Assembly (NCBI GenBank): GCA_918797485.1
Contig: CAKKNE010000001.1
Span: 1 to 64,000 of the forward strand
Source of the DNA: Pelagomonas calceolata
Taxonomy: Eukaryota
Length of the DNA stretch: 64,000 nucleotides
Direction of reading: 5' to 3'
Positions within the stretch are counted from its first letter, which is position 1, and the number at the start of each line of letters is the position of its first letter. Under the pieces are notes generated by a model. It saw nothing but the letters and a program-made list of their open reading frames with translations, was not told the origin of the DNA and made no database searches. The position numbers and the translations under genes were made by a program. Shown here one piece after another: positions 33,157 through 45,328 of the stretch.

Positions 33157-34466
33157 TTACTTCCAGTCCCGCCGCCAGCTCTCCCGGTCCCACTCGCCGT
33201 ACTTCTTCTTCGTCTCCTGTTTTTCCTCCCGTTTAAAGTTGACGGCCGTCCGCTGCCGTTTGACGTTCGCGGAACGTTTTTTGTCGTCCTGGAAGTCCTG
33301 CCACATCCCCACGCGCGCGCCGCGCCGGTCGTCCGTGTTCCACTGCTTCTCGAACAATTTCTCGTCGGCCTCCTTTTTTTCCGCTTCCGCGGCCTGGTCC
33401 CGCTCGCGCTGCTGCTGGACCCGGTTATGTTCCTCCACATCCCTCCGCTTCATTTCATTTTGCGCAAAAGTCTTGGCCACCTCCTTCTGCAGGGCTTCCT
33501 CCTCCGGTGGCAACGTGGCAGGGTCCACGCCCTTCGACAGCTTAAAAGCCCTTTCTTGCCGACACCTTTCTCGGGCGCCCTCGATCACGAGGATCGTCCG
33601 GTCGCGCTTCTTTTCATCAGATAACTTGGCACGCCATCTTTCACGGCCTCGAACGCTTGTTGGCTTGCTCGGAACCGCCATTTTTATCAGGATGACATAA
33701 GACACTCATCTTCTTGTATCTGTTCTTTATATCATCTGGTGTGGCATCGGTATCTAACACGAGGACTCGGAACGGATCTAGGTTCTTGAACTGCGCGTGC
33801 TTGTCCGTGAGGCGCGACGTGGTCCGCACCTTTCCCTAATTTCTGTTTTTGATATTTTTCCGTGATGGGATTCGTCTCGAGCTTTTTCTTCCGAGCTCTC
33901 TGGACTTTGTCGTCCTCGAGCACCCCGAAGAAGTCCTTCAATTGCTCCTCGTTCCGCGCGTCTTCCCGCCTTTTCGCTTCGTCGGCGGCGTCCCTTCGAC
34001 GTTTCTCCTCGGCTTCCCTTTCCTTGCGTTTTTCATCTTCAATTCGCTCCTTCGTTTGTTGCGCTTCGCCGTCCTTCGCCGCCTGCAGGGCTTTTTCGTA
34101 GGCCTCGTTGCCGGGGTCCAGCTGCAGCGCCTTCCGCCAGGTCGCTTGGGCGGTGATGTACCGCGTCAGGGCGTGCTCGGCCGTCGCGCGTCTTGCTAAA
34201 GCCTTGGGCCACTGCGGGTCCAACCGTACGGCCTCTTCGGCGTCCTTGAAGGCCTTGGAGACGTGGCTCATCGCGAGGTACGCGCCCGAGCGGTTCGAGT
34301 AGAGGACGGCATTCGACGGGTCCAGCGCTATCGCCTCAGAAAAGGCTTGCACGGCGCCCTCGTAGTCCCGCTCCTTGAATTTCGCGTTGCCGCGGTTCTT
34401 ATATTCTAGAGCATGCGCGGCGGCGTAGTCCTCCGACGATTCGTTGGGTGGCGGCGCGTCGGCCAT
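33157..34466 (-). CDS. TPR + J-domain protein (DNAJC8/Spf31-like C-terminus); frameshifted
   Basis: KNRGNAKFK..YSNRSGAY (TPR); LDPFRVL..YKKMSVLCHPDKN; W..DDRR..RV..WQDF. Confidence 0.85.
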
Positions 34467-34997
34467 CGTTTACGGCTGCGGCGCGCGGCGGCTGCACAGC
34501 AGCACGAAAGCTGTGCCTCTATACGCGGCCACGCTGCTCGGGCGTCGTCTGATTCTCACAGCAGTCGAACGGCCGCAAGTCTAAGAGATACTGAAGCAGC
34601 GCTGCGACGCGTTGGGACCGCCCGCAACGCCTGTTTTTTGGCGTTTTTGCTGTGCGAAACCCGTGCACAAAGCCGTCTCGGCCCCAGCCACAAAAAATAC
34701 TGAATTCGCGCTCAGCGACGTGTCTGTCGTGGTTTCGAGGAGTCGTGAGTCCCTTACCGCAAATGGCTGAGGAGGGACAAGCAGCTGAGCGAGACCAAAC
34801 TTTGCGTCCAAATACGCGCATCTGTACATTGCAAGCACTGTGACAGCAGAAGTAGCTTTCAAACGCTAGCAATTGAACGACTCCCAAGCGGCGCTTAGAA
34901 CTGCAACGCTGCAAGGATAATCAGGCAGTGCAATCTACAGCATAGCCAATACGCACGCCGCCGCAAGCACTCGAAAAAGCAATCAGCAAGCAACGAC

Positions 34998-35680
34998 ATG
35001 GCCGCCGCCGCCCCGCCGCGACGACGCCTAGGACCGCCGAGCCTCCGCCGCGCGGCGTCCAACGGCCCATTGGGAGACGCCGCCGCCCGACCGCTGCGTT
35101 ACCCGTCGCAATAGATGGCGACCCTTCCAAGGAAACGGCGCTAGATAGCGACCACTGGACCTTCTGGGGGCGCGGGCAGCGACCGCCGGAACGCGGTTCG
35201 AAAAATGCCTGGGCGTCCGAGCCGCTGCACAAAATCCGCACCGCGGAGGCCTTTTTCAGATTACATGGTGCCTTGGAAAAACCTTCGACGCTGGGCAACG
35301 GCGCGACCTACCAGCTCTTCCGGAACGACGTCGAGCCGACGTGGGAGGACCCCTCAAACGCGAACGGCGGAGAATGGTCCATACCGTTGGAACGAAGTGC
35401 CGACTTGGACGACCAGTGGAAGCGGTTGTGTTTAGCTGCTATCGGTGGTCAATTGACGCCGTCCGCGGAGGACGCGGATCTGGACGAGGTGTGCGGCTGT
35501 TCTCTGTCCCTCAAGAAGGGCGGGAGTCTGCGACTAGGCGTGTGGACGAAGCACAGAACGGATGAAGTGAGCCAACGGGCCGTCGCCGAGAACATTCGCA
35601 GAGTACTTTCGCTCCAGAAGGAAGTGGCCTTAACGTACGCGCCGCACGACTCGAAGGGCGACGCGCTCTACACGTCCTAG
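34998..35680 (+). CDS. eIF4E-family translation initiation factor; 5' part frameshifted
   Basis: YQLFRNDVEPTWEDPSNANGGEW, W..L.LA.IG, VCG and LGVWT. Confidence 0.88.
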
Positions 35681-35732
35681 GTAGGTACTAGTAGCGTGAA
35701 CGAACGTACTAAGAACGGGAGGCCCCTACACC

Positions 35733-36460
35733 TCAGAACAGGTCCCCCTTCGCCAGCTTGTTGGCCAGGATGATCCCCTTGACCTTGCCCTTGAACTTGC
35801 GCCTCGCGTTGAACTTCTTCATCGTGTCCAGCGTCTTCGCGAGGTTTCTGGAAATGAGCTCGTGGTCGCCGACCATGAACCAGGGGTGTCTCAGGGCCTG
35901 GGAGGCCGTCAGCCGCTTGTCGGGGTCGACGACGAGCATCTTTTTGATCAAATCCTTGGCGTCGTCCGAGACCTGGTCCCAGTACTGGGGGTCGAAGGCG
36001 TAGTCCGCGGCCTTGATCTTGCGGTACAAGACGGCGTGGTTGTCGTCGTGGAACCTGCGCGGGCGGCAGCGCGTCGACCTCCACGCCCCACGTCGTCGAG
36101 CTGGCGTCGCGTCGATGACGTTATGCTTCGGCAGACGCGCGGCGAGTCGGCGACGAATCGACGCGACGCCTCCGTGCCGGTCCCTCGCCGCGATGGGGCC
36201 GGCGCAGTCGCGTCGTCGTCGCCGCGAAATAACTCGGACGCGGCGCCGCGCGGCGGGTAGCCCCCGAGCAGAATGTAGACAATAACTCCACACGACCACA
36301 TGTCGACGGCCGTGCCGTACTTCTTGCCCTTGAGGATCTCCGGAGCAACATAGCCGGGCGTACCACATTGGGTATCTAAGGATTTGCCCTCGACCTTCTT
36401 GGCGAAGCCAAAATCCGCGAGCTTGATATCAAAGTCGTTGAACGGCGACTTCAGTAACAA

Positions 36461-36494
<34 letters not shown>

Positions 36495-36907
36495 CGGTGG
36501 TGCAGGTACGCGAGCGCGTCGAGCAATATGCGAACTAATCCCCGCGCGTCCATCTCGTTATAAAAGGTCTTCTTGACGATCCTTTCAAACAGCTCGCCGC
36601 CCTCCATGAGCTCGATGGCCATGTAGTAGTACCGCTTTTCGTCGAAGAAATCATATAATTTGACAATGTTCGGGTGGTCCACCGACCGTAGGACCGCGAC
36701 CTCCTCGTGCAACGAGTCAATATCCTCCTGCTTCAATTCCCCGTTCTTGGAGATGCACTTGACGGCCACTTTGGTCCCTTCGTTGGACGTCGCGAGGATG
36801 ACTCTACTGAAGGCGCCCGTGCCGAGCTCCTTATCATCTAAATTGTACTTCCTTGCAAACTCAGAATTCGCGTCGGCGCGCTCGCCCGACCCGCCGGCCT
36901 TGGAGCC
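35733..36907 (-). CDS. CAMK-family Ser/Thr kinase; GC-AG intron 36055-36251; first exon not located
   Basis: LGTGAFS, VAVK, HRDLKPEN, DFG and GTPGYVAPE. Spliced GYPP|FHDD. CaM-binding-like tail KKFNARRKFK. Confidence 0.93.
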
Positions 36908-37387
36908 CTGCGTTGTTTTGTGTGAGTGGGAGCGCTCTCTCGGTCGCGCGCGCGGTCCACGGCGTCGTACGCGCGTCCGGGCTCTCGGCGCTCTCGCTCT
37001 CTCTCTCGCGCTCTCTCATGTATGCGGTCCGCGCGCGGCGGGCCGCTTGCGCAGGCCGGCGTTCGCGCGCGCGCCTTTGCGTCTGTCCGGCCCGCGGGCC
37101 GCGTCGCGCCCGGCGCCGGCATTTATACGGGCCGCGCGCACGGATGCGGTCCGCGGGCCGCGGCGCGCAGGCCGCCGGCGCCCCGACGGCCGCGCGGCAC
37201 CAGAAACAGCTCGAAACAGCTCGTGGCTCCACTTGCTGTTTTTACGGCAGGCGTCGACGCGCCGTTGATATCACACGCGGCGGCGCACGCCACAGCCCAT
37301 CGCTCACTTCTCAGACCGCGACCAGCAGAGCTGTGCACCACAGCTGCGTCCCTGGCCTGCTCTGCCTTTGGCTTTCAGGGCATTGCT

Positions 37388-37411
37388 GCTAGTGTGTCAC
37401 AGGCCGCTAGC
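37388..37411 (+). promoter_or_regulatory. Conserved upstream palindrome, copy 5
   Basis: GCTAGTGTGTCACAGGCCGCTAGC, in the divergent kinase/antiporter spacer. Confidence 0.7.
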
Positions 37412-37683
37412 AAAGCTCCGCACGGAAGTTCTCCCAAAGGACGCAGTATATCAGTCAGACCACGCTTCGTTTTTGAATCACCATCCCGAGCTAGCGCCCG
37501 ACTCGTCCAGCAGCCGTCGAGAGGACACATTGTGGGCCGTCTAACGTAGCCAATCAGCAAGCACCAAGGCAGCCAACGCAAGGAAGAGAGCGAGCCAGGC
37601 CTGCAGCCAAGCCGGGGCAGCAAGCTCAGCAGCAGCGCGCAAGCAGGGCAGCAGCCAGCTAGCCAGGGCAGAGGCAGCCACCC

Positions 37684-40473
37684 ATGCGGCCGGCGCTCCG
37701 CCTGCTCCTCGCGGCCGCCTTTGTGATACCCATCAATTCAGATGAGGACGCCTGCGCCGTTATACTGAAGGAGGAGGGCCTCGACGCGCGCGCGTGCGCC
37801 GCGCTCGCCACGCACGGCCTCCTGCCGCGGCGCGCCCTGGGAACAGCCACGCACGCCCCTCATCCGCACGAGGAGCACCACGAGGAGCACCACGAGGCGC
37901 ACACGTACGAGGCGGGCGTGTATTTTGGCGCTTCGCTACTGATCGGAGCCTTATGTTTGTTCATCATCAGCCGCTTTTATCAAGCGGTGCCCTACACGAT
38001 GGCCGTGTTTGTCATTGGTTTAGTATTAGCCTTGGTGGACCACGCGACGGAAGAAAGGTTATTAGGGGTCTATTCTAGATCTATGGGTCGATGGCGCCGC
38101 ATGAACCCCGAACTGCTCTTATGTGGTTTTCTACCTTTGTTATTATTTGGAGATGCCATGCAGATCAATTTACATACCTTCTACACGAAGATGTACCAGT
38201 GCTTGCTGCTCGCGACCGCGGGAGTGTTGATCTCGACCTTTGCCACCGCCTATTTTGCAGCTTTATTACCCTACGAGTGGAGCTGGTTCTTCCGGTGCAT
38301 GTTCGGCTCGATCGCCGCAGCGACGGACCCCGTAGCAGTCGTAGCTTTGCTGAATGCGTTGGGCGCGTCCCCCGGCCTCACGATGACCATCACCGGAGAG
38401 TCGCTTTTTAATGATGGCACGGCCATGGTCTTGTTTTTACTGTTCGATTCTCTAGCCCAAAAACACAAGAAGTACATCTCTGGGGCGGGAAACCCGCCCT
38501 ACGAGGTTATCGAGTTCTTTGCAAGGATGGTCCTTGGAGGTTGTTTTATTGGATTGGCCTTTGGCGGCGCGGCGTTGCTGTGTCTACGGTTGTGCCAGCG
38601 CAAGTTCGACGAGGTCTCGACGACATTGCAAATAACAACAACAATCATAGTAGCGTATGCCTCGTTCTACTTCTCGGAAATCGCCTGCGGGTGTTCGGGA
38701 GTGTTAGCTACCGTGATGGCCGCCCTCTGTGTGGCGAGGTACGGCTGGGTCTACGTCGACGAGGCGCACACGGTGCACGCGGTCTGGGAGTTTCTCGAGT
38801 ACGTGGGAAATACCGTGGTATTCATGCTCGCCGGCTCCCTGACGGGCAAGATCGTCTGCGAGAACTGGAAGGACTCTGGGGGTAAGGGTGATTGGCTGGA
38901 CGTGGCCGACTTCGGCTGGTTACTATTTACGTGGTTCGCTTTGGTGATCATAAGATGTTTGACCATTGCCATGCTCTGGCCGCTCTTGAAATGGTTGGAA
39001 CAGCGGTATAGTCATGCGCACCAACTCGAGTGGAAGGACGGCGTCGTGATGGCCTGGGGCGGGCTTCGGGGCGCTGTTGGACTAGCTCTCGCATTGGTCG
39101 TGCAGGAAGAACGGGCCCATTCGGATGAAGCGAAGAGTGCGGAACAGTTACTCTTTTTAGTGAGTGGAATTGCTATGTTAACACTATTAATAAATGGGTG
39201 GTCCTGCAAGACGTTACTGGACTACCTGGGCATGACCGTTGAGAGTAGTGACACGAGGCACGTGAGAGCCTACGCGAAGAGTGCAGCGGCCCATGCCGCG
39301 GCCATCGCGTTGCACGACATCGTGGCGAAATATGGACTGGACGTCCACGGCGCCGCGCAAGTCGAGAAGAGTCAACTGCAAAGGCAAGCGACGCAGCGCT
39401 GGAACCGCGTCCGGGCGGCCACACGACTAGGCGTCGTGCAGGAAGCCTTGGCCTACGACACGGGTGTTTATGGAGGCAACGTTGGCGAGGACGACTTGGA
39501 CGCCGCTGATAGGGAAGCTCGCACGGAAAACAACGAACAGGTCCTCCAGAGGATGCGGGGCATGTTTTTGAGAGCTCTCAAGGCCGAGTTCTGGGAGATG
39601 ATCGAGAAGGGCTTGGTGCCGCGCGGTTCCTTCGCCGCGCAAATATTGCCGTTTTCGTGTGACGTCGAGCTGCAAAATGTGCACACGAAATTGCATCATT
39701 TTGAAGTGGTCCTGAGGAAGAGTACGGAGTCGATCCCGATTTATTCGCAAATCGAGAAATGTGTGGAGTTGTTCGTGTCCTGGCTCGAAGGGCTGGAGAA
39801 GCGAGGCTGTTTAGGTGATAGGATCATATCTTCGCTGTCTCATTGGTCGACCGCAACTGAGCGTTATTATTTAATAACGGCCTTCCATGCGGCCTATATG
39901 AGGACCTCAAAGCATCTGGACGAGGTGTTTGCGTTCTTTGTACAGAGTTCGGCCTTTGCCGTTGATGCCCGCGAGCAATTCAAGGAGGAGATCGATTCGC
40001 AAATAAAACAATGTGAAGATGAGGCGGCGAAGTTGCCGGCGCATGCGCGGGCTCGAGTCGACGCTCTACTCGCGGCGGAGGTCTTGGTGGGCGTCAAGCA
40101 CCACATCTTCGAGGGCTTCCACCGCAAAGGGATCATCACGTCCAAAGACCGGGATGAGCTCGGCGAGGGCCTCATGCAGCTCGAGCACCACCTCGAGAAC
40201 TGTCGGGAATTTGCCCAGGCGGAGTTTCGACGAGCGGCGCGCGCGAGCCAGCGGCATTTATCCTTAAGACGGGGCGCTTCACGCGTGGCCGACATCGAGG
40301 CCTCGTCCATAAAACAGGAGCTCACGGTCATCGACCAACTGCAGGATTCGATTATGGACCGGCGCGCGGGCGTGACGGCCGCGGCGGCGACGGCCGCTTC
40401 GCCTCAGGCCGGGCGGGCGCTGGCCCACATGGAGCGGGCCCAGGACCTGTCGGGGCGGCACCTGACGCACTGA
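37684..40473 (+). CDS. Na+/H+ antiporter, CPA1 family (SOS1/NHX7-like)
   Basis: FLPLLLF, ATDPVAVVALL, GESLFNDG and WGGLRGAVGLALAL. Confidence 0.93.
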   Translation: MRPALRLLLAAAFVIPINSDEDACAVILKEEGLDARACAALATHGLLPRRALGTATHAPHPHEEHHEEHHEAHTYEAGVYFGASLLIGALCLFIISRFYQAVPYTMAVFVIGLVLALVDHATEERLLGVYSRSMGRWRRMNPELLLCGFLPLLLFGDAMQINLHTFYTKMYQCLLLATAGVLISTFATAYFAALLPYEWSWFFRCMFGSIAAATDPVAVVALLNALGASPGLTMTITGESLFNDGTAMVLFLLFDSLAQKHKKYISGAGNPPYEVIEFFARMVLGGCFIGLAFGGAALLCLRLCQRKFDEVSTTLQITTTIIVAYASFYFSEIACGCSGVLATVMAALCVARYGWVYVDEAHTVHAVWEFLEYVGNTVVFMLAGSLTGKIVCENWKDSGGKGDWLDVADFGWLLFTWFALVIIRCLTIAMLWPLLKWLEQRYSHAHQLEWKDGVVMAWGGLRGAVGLALALVVQEERAHSDEAKSAEQLLFLVSGIAMLTLLINGWSCKTLLDYLGMTVESSDTRHVRAYAKSAAAHAAAIALHDIVAKYGLDVHGAAQVEKSQLQRQATQRWNRVRAATRLGVVQEALAYDTGVYGGNVGEDDLDAADREARTENNEQVLQRMRGMFLRALKAEFWEMIEKGLVPRGSFAAQILPFSCDVELQNVHTKLHHFEVVLRKSTESIPIYSQIEKCVELFVSWLEGLEKRGCLGDRIISSLSHWSTATERYYLITAFHAAYMRTSKHLDEVFAFFVQSSAFAVDAREQFKEEIDSQIKQCEDEAAKLPAHARARVDALLAAEVLVGVKHHIFEGFHRKGIITSKDRDELGEGLMQLEHHLENCREFAQAEFRRAARASQRHLSLRRGASRVADIEASSIKQELTVIDQLQDSIMDRRAGVTAAAATAASPQAGRALAHMERAQDLSGRHLTH

Positions 40474-40527
40474 AATTCATTACCTAATGTGTATAATACC
40501 GAACGAAAATCTTACTGCGGGGGAGGC

Positions 40528-41179
40528 TTAAAATTCGCCGTCAGCTCTTCAACCTCGGCGAGCCCGATCTCGTCGGAGTCGCCCGCGAAGCCGTGCTCCT
40601 CGGGCAGGAAGAGCATGCAGTGGCACTCGTGGCGCTCGCGCCTGTGTGGATATCAAATTTCGGGCGCCCCACGCCATCGACGCGACGTCGTCCCCGTACT
40701 GCATCTGCTCGATGGCGTGGAGCTTCCACGCCATCGACGCGAGGTTGCATCCATTCTGCGTCCGCTCGATGGCGAGATAACCTAACTCTGTTTGATGTCC
40801 ACGCCGGCTCGCGCATGGGCACGCAGGGGCAGTTCCAATACCCCGACTTCGCTTCCGCCTCCTTGTCGACGTAGTTGCGGCAGGGGCAGAGCGGCGCGCC
40901 CAAGGCTGCCTTGTGTTCGGCCAGGCCGCGGATGACGACCGCAGGGACAGAAGGTTCCGAGCAGTATTTGGTCCCCGACACTTTGACGTAGCGGTTGCTG
41001 AAGGCCGTCATCGCCGCGAGGGCCTTTTGCACGGGGACGGGCGTGTCGTCGTCCGCCGCGGGGTCCGACGACGAGCTCCGCAGCACTGTCCTGGCGTTAT
41101 GTCGGGAGAGCGCGTAAAAGCCGCTGGCGGGCTGCAAGAGGAGCGCGGCGAGGGTCCACCGCTGGCGGCGCCGCGCCAT
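40528..41179 (-). CDS. ftrB: Ferredoxin-thioredoxin reductase catalytic subunit, plastid-targeted; introner intron 40642-40814
   Basis: GAPLCPCR and WNCPCVPMRERHECHCMLFL after splicing. Signal peptide with ASG-FY (ASAF-like) cleavage site. Confidence 0.93.
40642..40814 (-). mobile_element. Introner element intron (173 nt, GC-AG)
   Basis: TIR CTGTGTGGATATCAAA / TTTGATGTCCACGCCG. Perfect TSD GCTCGCGC at 40634-40641 and 40807-40814. Confidence 0.93.
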
Positions 41180-41362
41180 GGGTGATTTTTCTCTGCCTTG
41201 CTGAAGCTGGGCAGTGTAGCGCTGGCTGGGTCTGAGAATGCGGTTAATTGTGTGCGCCGCTGCCCACTGCAACGAGGAGTCCTGTGGATACCGTGGCCAG
41301 TATAGAAGCGGCCAGCGCTGGCGTTTGACGGCTCAGAGCGCGTTTTGGCAGCAGCAACCAAT

Positions 41363-41386
41363 GCTAGTGTCTTACAGGACGCTAGC
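41363..41386 (+). promoter_or_regulatory. Conserved upstream palindrome, copy 6
   Basis: GCTAGTGTCTTACAGGACGCTAGC, 184 bp from the FTR ATG. Confidence 0.7.
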
Positions 41387-41423
41387 CACAACGTTTTGCA
41401 TCGGGAGGCCATGCATGTGCAAA

Positions 41424-42471
41424 TTACCGTACCCCGTCCCCGCCATCGCCGCGAGCCGGTCGCTTGAAGAACCCTCCCTCCGGGCAGTCGTCCCGCCCGA
41501 AGCCCGGCGACCACCACCACGAGTCGCCGAGTTGGCACGGGTACGTGTTGCCCGCGTAGCGGCCGTGGATCGGCGCGCGGTGCTCCGAAATGGCCGGGCC
41601 GGCGCGCAGGATCGAGGCAATGACCGAAAACGAGGAGCCGTGGACCGCTAATATCCCCACGTGCGCCATCGCCCGCAGGTCGTCGAGGGGGCTCCGGCCC
41701 TCGTGGACGACGACGGTGCGGGGCCCGAGGCTCTGGACGATTTTGATCGTGTCGCCGGAGCGCTCGCCGAAGACCACGACCGTCGCGTTGCTCCCGGCCA
41801 GCAAGTCGTGCAATTTCTCCGCGTAGCGCTCCAGGTGCCCCAGCGCCGCGCCTCCCTCCGGCACGCGGACGTGGACGCCGACGGCGCGGCCGTAGCCTTC
41901 GGGCGCCGGCCCCGCGTCGAACGCCGCGCGCCACTCCTCAGCTACTGCTCGCCGCGCCTTCTGACACGTGGCGTTCGTCCGGAAATCTGGCGGCGGAGGC
42001 ACGTCGCCGCAGAGCCGCGTCAACTCGTCCTGGCAGTTGTCGCGGCGGATTGATGCACGAGCGGTGGGATAGATCGCGTGGGCGACGCCGTAGACTGCTG
42101 CTTTCGCCTCGACGCCGCCCTGGTGCGAGGCGCCCGCAGGTCGACCAGGATCGTTCACGTAGCAGTACGCGGCCGGTTCTAAGGTCAACGTGCGCACCGT
42201 GCCCTAGAAGGAGCTGAACGACTTTAGGGTCCCCGTACGCAGCGGTGAAATGAAGGAGCGTAACTCCATAATCCTCGTGTCTTTTGTTGGCGTCCCAACC
42301 AGCATCTAGAAAATCGCGCACGGCCTCGACGTCATTCATGAACGAGACGTCGCCCTTCTGAAGTGCCGAAACCACCGCGTCCATTTTCTCCTGAAGATTA
42401 CCGCTGCGTCGCGCGTCGCTTCGCGCCAGAGCCGCGCCGACGGCGACGATCAAGCACCGCCACATGACCAT
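41424..42471 (-). CDS. Secreted ankyrin-repeat protein with a possible fucosyltransferase-like C-terminus; frameshift near 42200
   Basis: Signal peptide; YGVTLLHFTAAYGDPKVVQLLL (ankyrin); AVGVHVR and DL..MA...SSFS. Confidence 0.55.
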
Positions 42472-42654
42472 GGTGACTAGCCTAGCTCTTAATCCCTCGC
42501 GACCGCGGCGAAGCCGCTAAGCCTCGAAAGCGCCTTGTTATGAACCCTTATCGGTACCGCGCCGGCACAGATATCTGCAGACTAGCGCGGATAGCGCCAA
42601 GAAAAATTCTGAAAACCCGATTTGTTGGCGGAACAAACTCTTTTTACACAACAT

Positions 42655-44034
42655 CTACGACGACTTCGCCGCATCCAACATCCCCTCGACGTCAGAAAAC
42701 TTCGCCCGCGGCGCCCCGTTCCTCGCGTTCGCCTTCTCGACCCCATCGATCCGACGCCAGTCGGCCCACGACGTGCCCTCCCCATAACCGGCAACACCAC
42801 TAGCAGCCAGGTCCTCGAGCACGGCCGCGGCCGTCTCGCGCGCGTCGGCGACGTTCGAGCCGACGATGCCCGTCGGCCCGCGCTTCACCCATCCCGAGCG
42901 GCGCAACCGGGCGCGACGCGACTGCCGACCTGGGCGTAGGTCCCCGCCGGGCCGTCTTGAGGCCTGGCGCGCCTGCCGTCGGGGCAGGGCGGGCTCGCCG
43001 TGTAGCCGACGGCGCAGACCGCCAGATCGCATTCTATGCTTTCGAGGGCGCCGGTGCCCACGGCTGTCTGCGCATTCACATCACCCTCCAAGACGCACTT
43101 CTCGAAGACGACCGCTCCCAGACGGCCCTTGGCTCCTTCCTCGAAGGCCACGGGCCGCCTCAGAAACCGGAGGTGCACCTCCGCTCCGCGGTATTCGTCG
43201 AAGCAGCACCTGATCGAGGAACTTGCGCTTGCGTTTCAGTGGTCGTGCTTTCCCTTCTTCTATTGACGCTTCCGTGTCGCCCGCTTCCAGTTCGGCGGGA
43301 TCGATGACCAGGGCGGCGTTCTCGAGCTCCGTGAGCTCGCGGACCTCTTTCGTCGTAAAGGCCGCCTGCGTCGCGCCGCGCCGCCCGACGACGTGTATAA
43401 GACGCTTCGACGGGAGCCTCTGCAGCGCCTCAAAGGCTGTTGAATGGATGTCGGTCGCGTCGAGATGCGATGAAGGCGCGGCTAACAAGCGCGCGCAATC
43501 TAAAGCAACGTTGCCGTGGCCTATGATGACGCTTCGGAGCTGGTCGCTCACGTCAGGTAACTGTAAATGGGAAAACGTCGGCTCAGCGTTGTACCAACCG
43601 ACGAAGGCCCGCGCGTTGACGACACCTTCCAGTTCCGCGCCGGGCAGGTCCAACTTCCTCGCTAAATCGCAGCCCGTCGCCACGACGACGGCATCATATA
43701 GATTCATGAGGTCGTTTAGAGGTACTACGGGACCGGTATGAGATGGGGCATCAGCCGGATGCCCGACGAAGACGTGGCCCGCGTACGAGAACCTCTCTGA
43801 TGTCGCGACCTCTTCAAAGTCGTCCTGCACGCTCTTCACCTCGGGATGGTCGGGCGCGACGCCGTACCTTACCAACCCGAAAGGTGTCGGCCACCTATCG
43901 AGGATCGTGACGTGTACATTTTTGCTGTCCCTCAGGAGGTACTTCGCCGTGTAGAAGCCGCCCGGGCCGCTTCCGACGACGGCGACGCGCGGCGACGGCG
44001 TGCTGCTGAAGGCTCGGCGTGTGAGGCGCAGCAT
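42655..44034 (-). CDS. FDXR: NADPH:adrenodoxin oxidoreductase, mitochondrial; 3' frameshifts
   Basis: VAVVGSGPGG, PFGLVRYGVAPDHPEVK, IIGHGNVALDCAR and GWVKRGPTGIVG. Confidence 0.92.
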
Positions 44035-44401
44035 TTGCTGTGGTCTGCTGCTTGCTGCAGCGCACGCGTGCCGAGGCGGTTTTCTGCGGTTCGCAGCGGT
44101 ACTGAGTGGTCTCGGTGGAGCCCTGACGTCCCGTCCTTTCAGCGCTAATGCCTCCGCGTATTAGTATGGGGGTGGCAGGCCAAGTCTCAGTGGGTGAGGC
44201 CAAAGCGGGTTCTCGATGCGCGTGGCTCGTACAGTCATCTTGAGACCTCGTTGTATCAATGACAAACGGGAAAACAAGCGTCGCAGCTCTTCATTTCAAA
44301 AACCCGACCGCAAAAAAAATCGCTGAGCGACGATCAATAATCACGCTGTAGCAGCCGTAATTTGACACTAGACAGTCGTCGAGCAAGTCAGAGAAGGCAT
44401 C

Positions 44402-45209
<808 letters not shown>

Positions 45210-45328
45210 GATGGTATGTTCTAATTATATGTCGTTGCCATCACGCCCCCGTCGCGACGAATGCCAACAACTCCCACGCGAAGTCCACGTGGAGAGAAGG
45301 AGAACTTGAAAACCACATCAACTTAGTA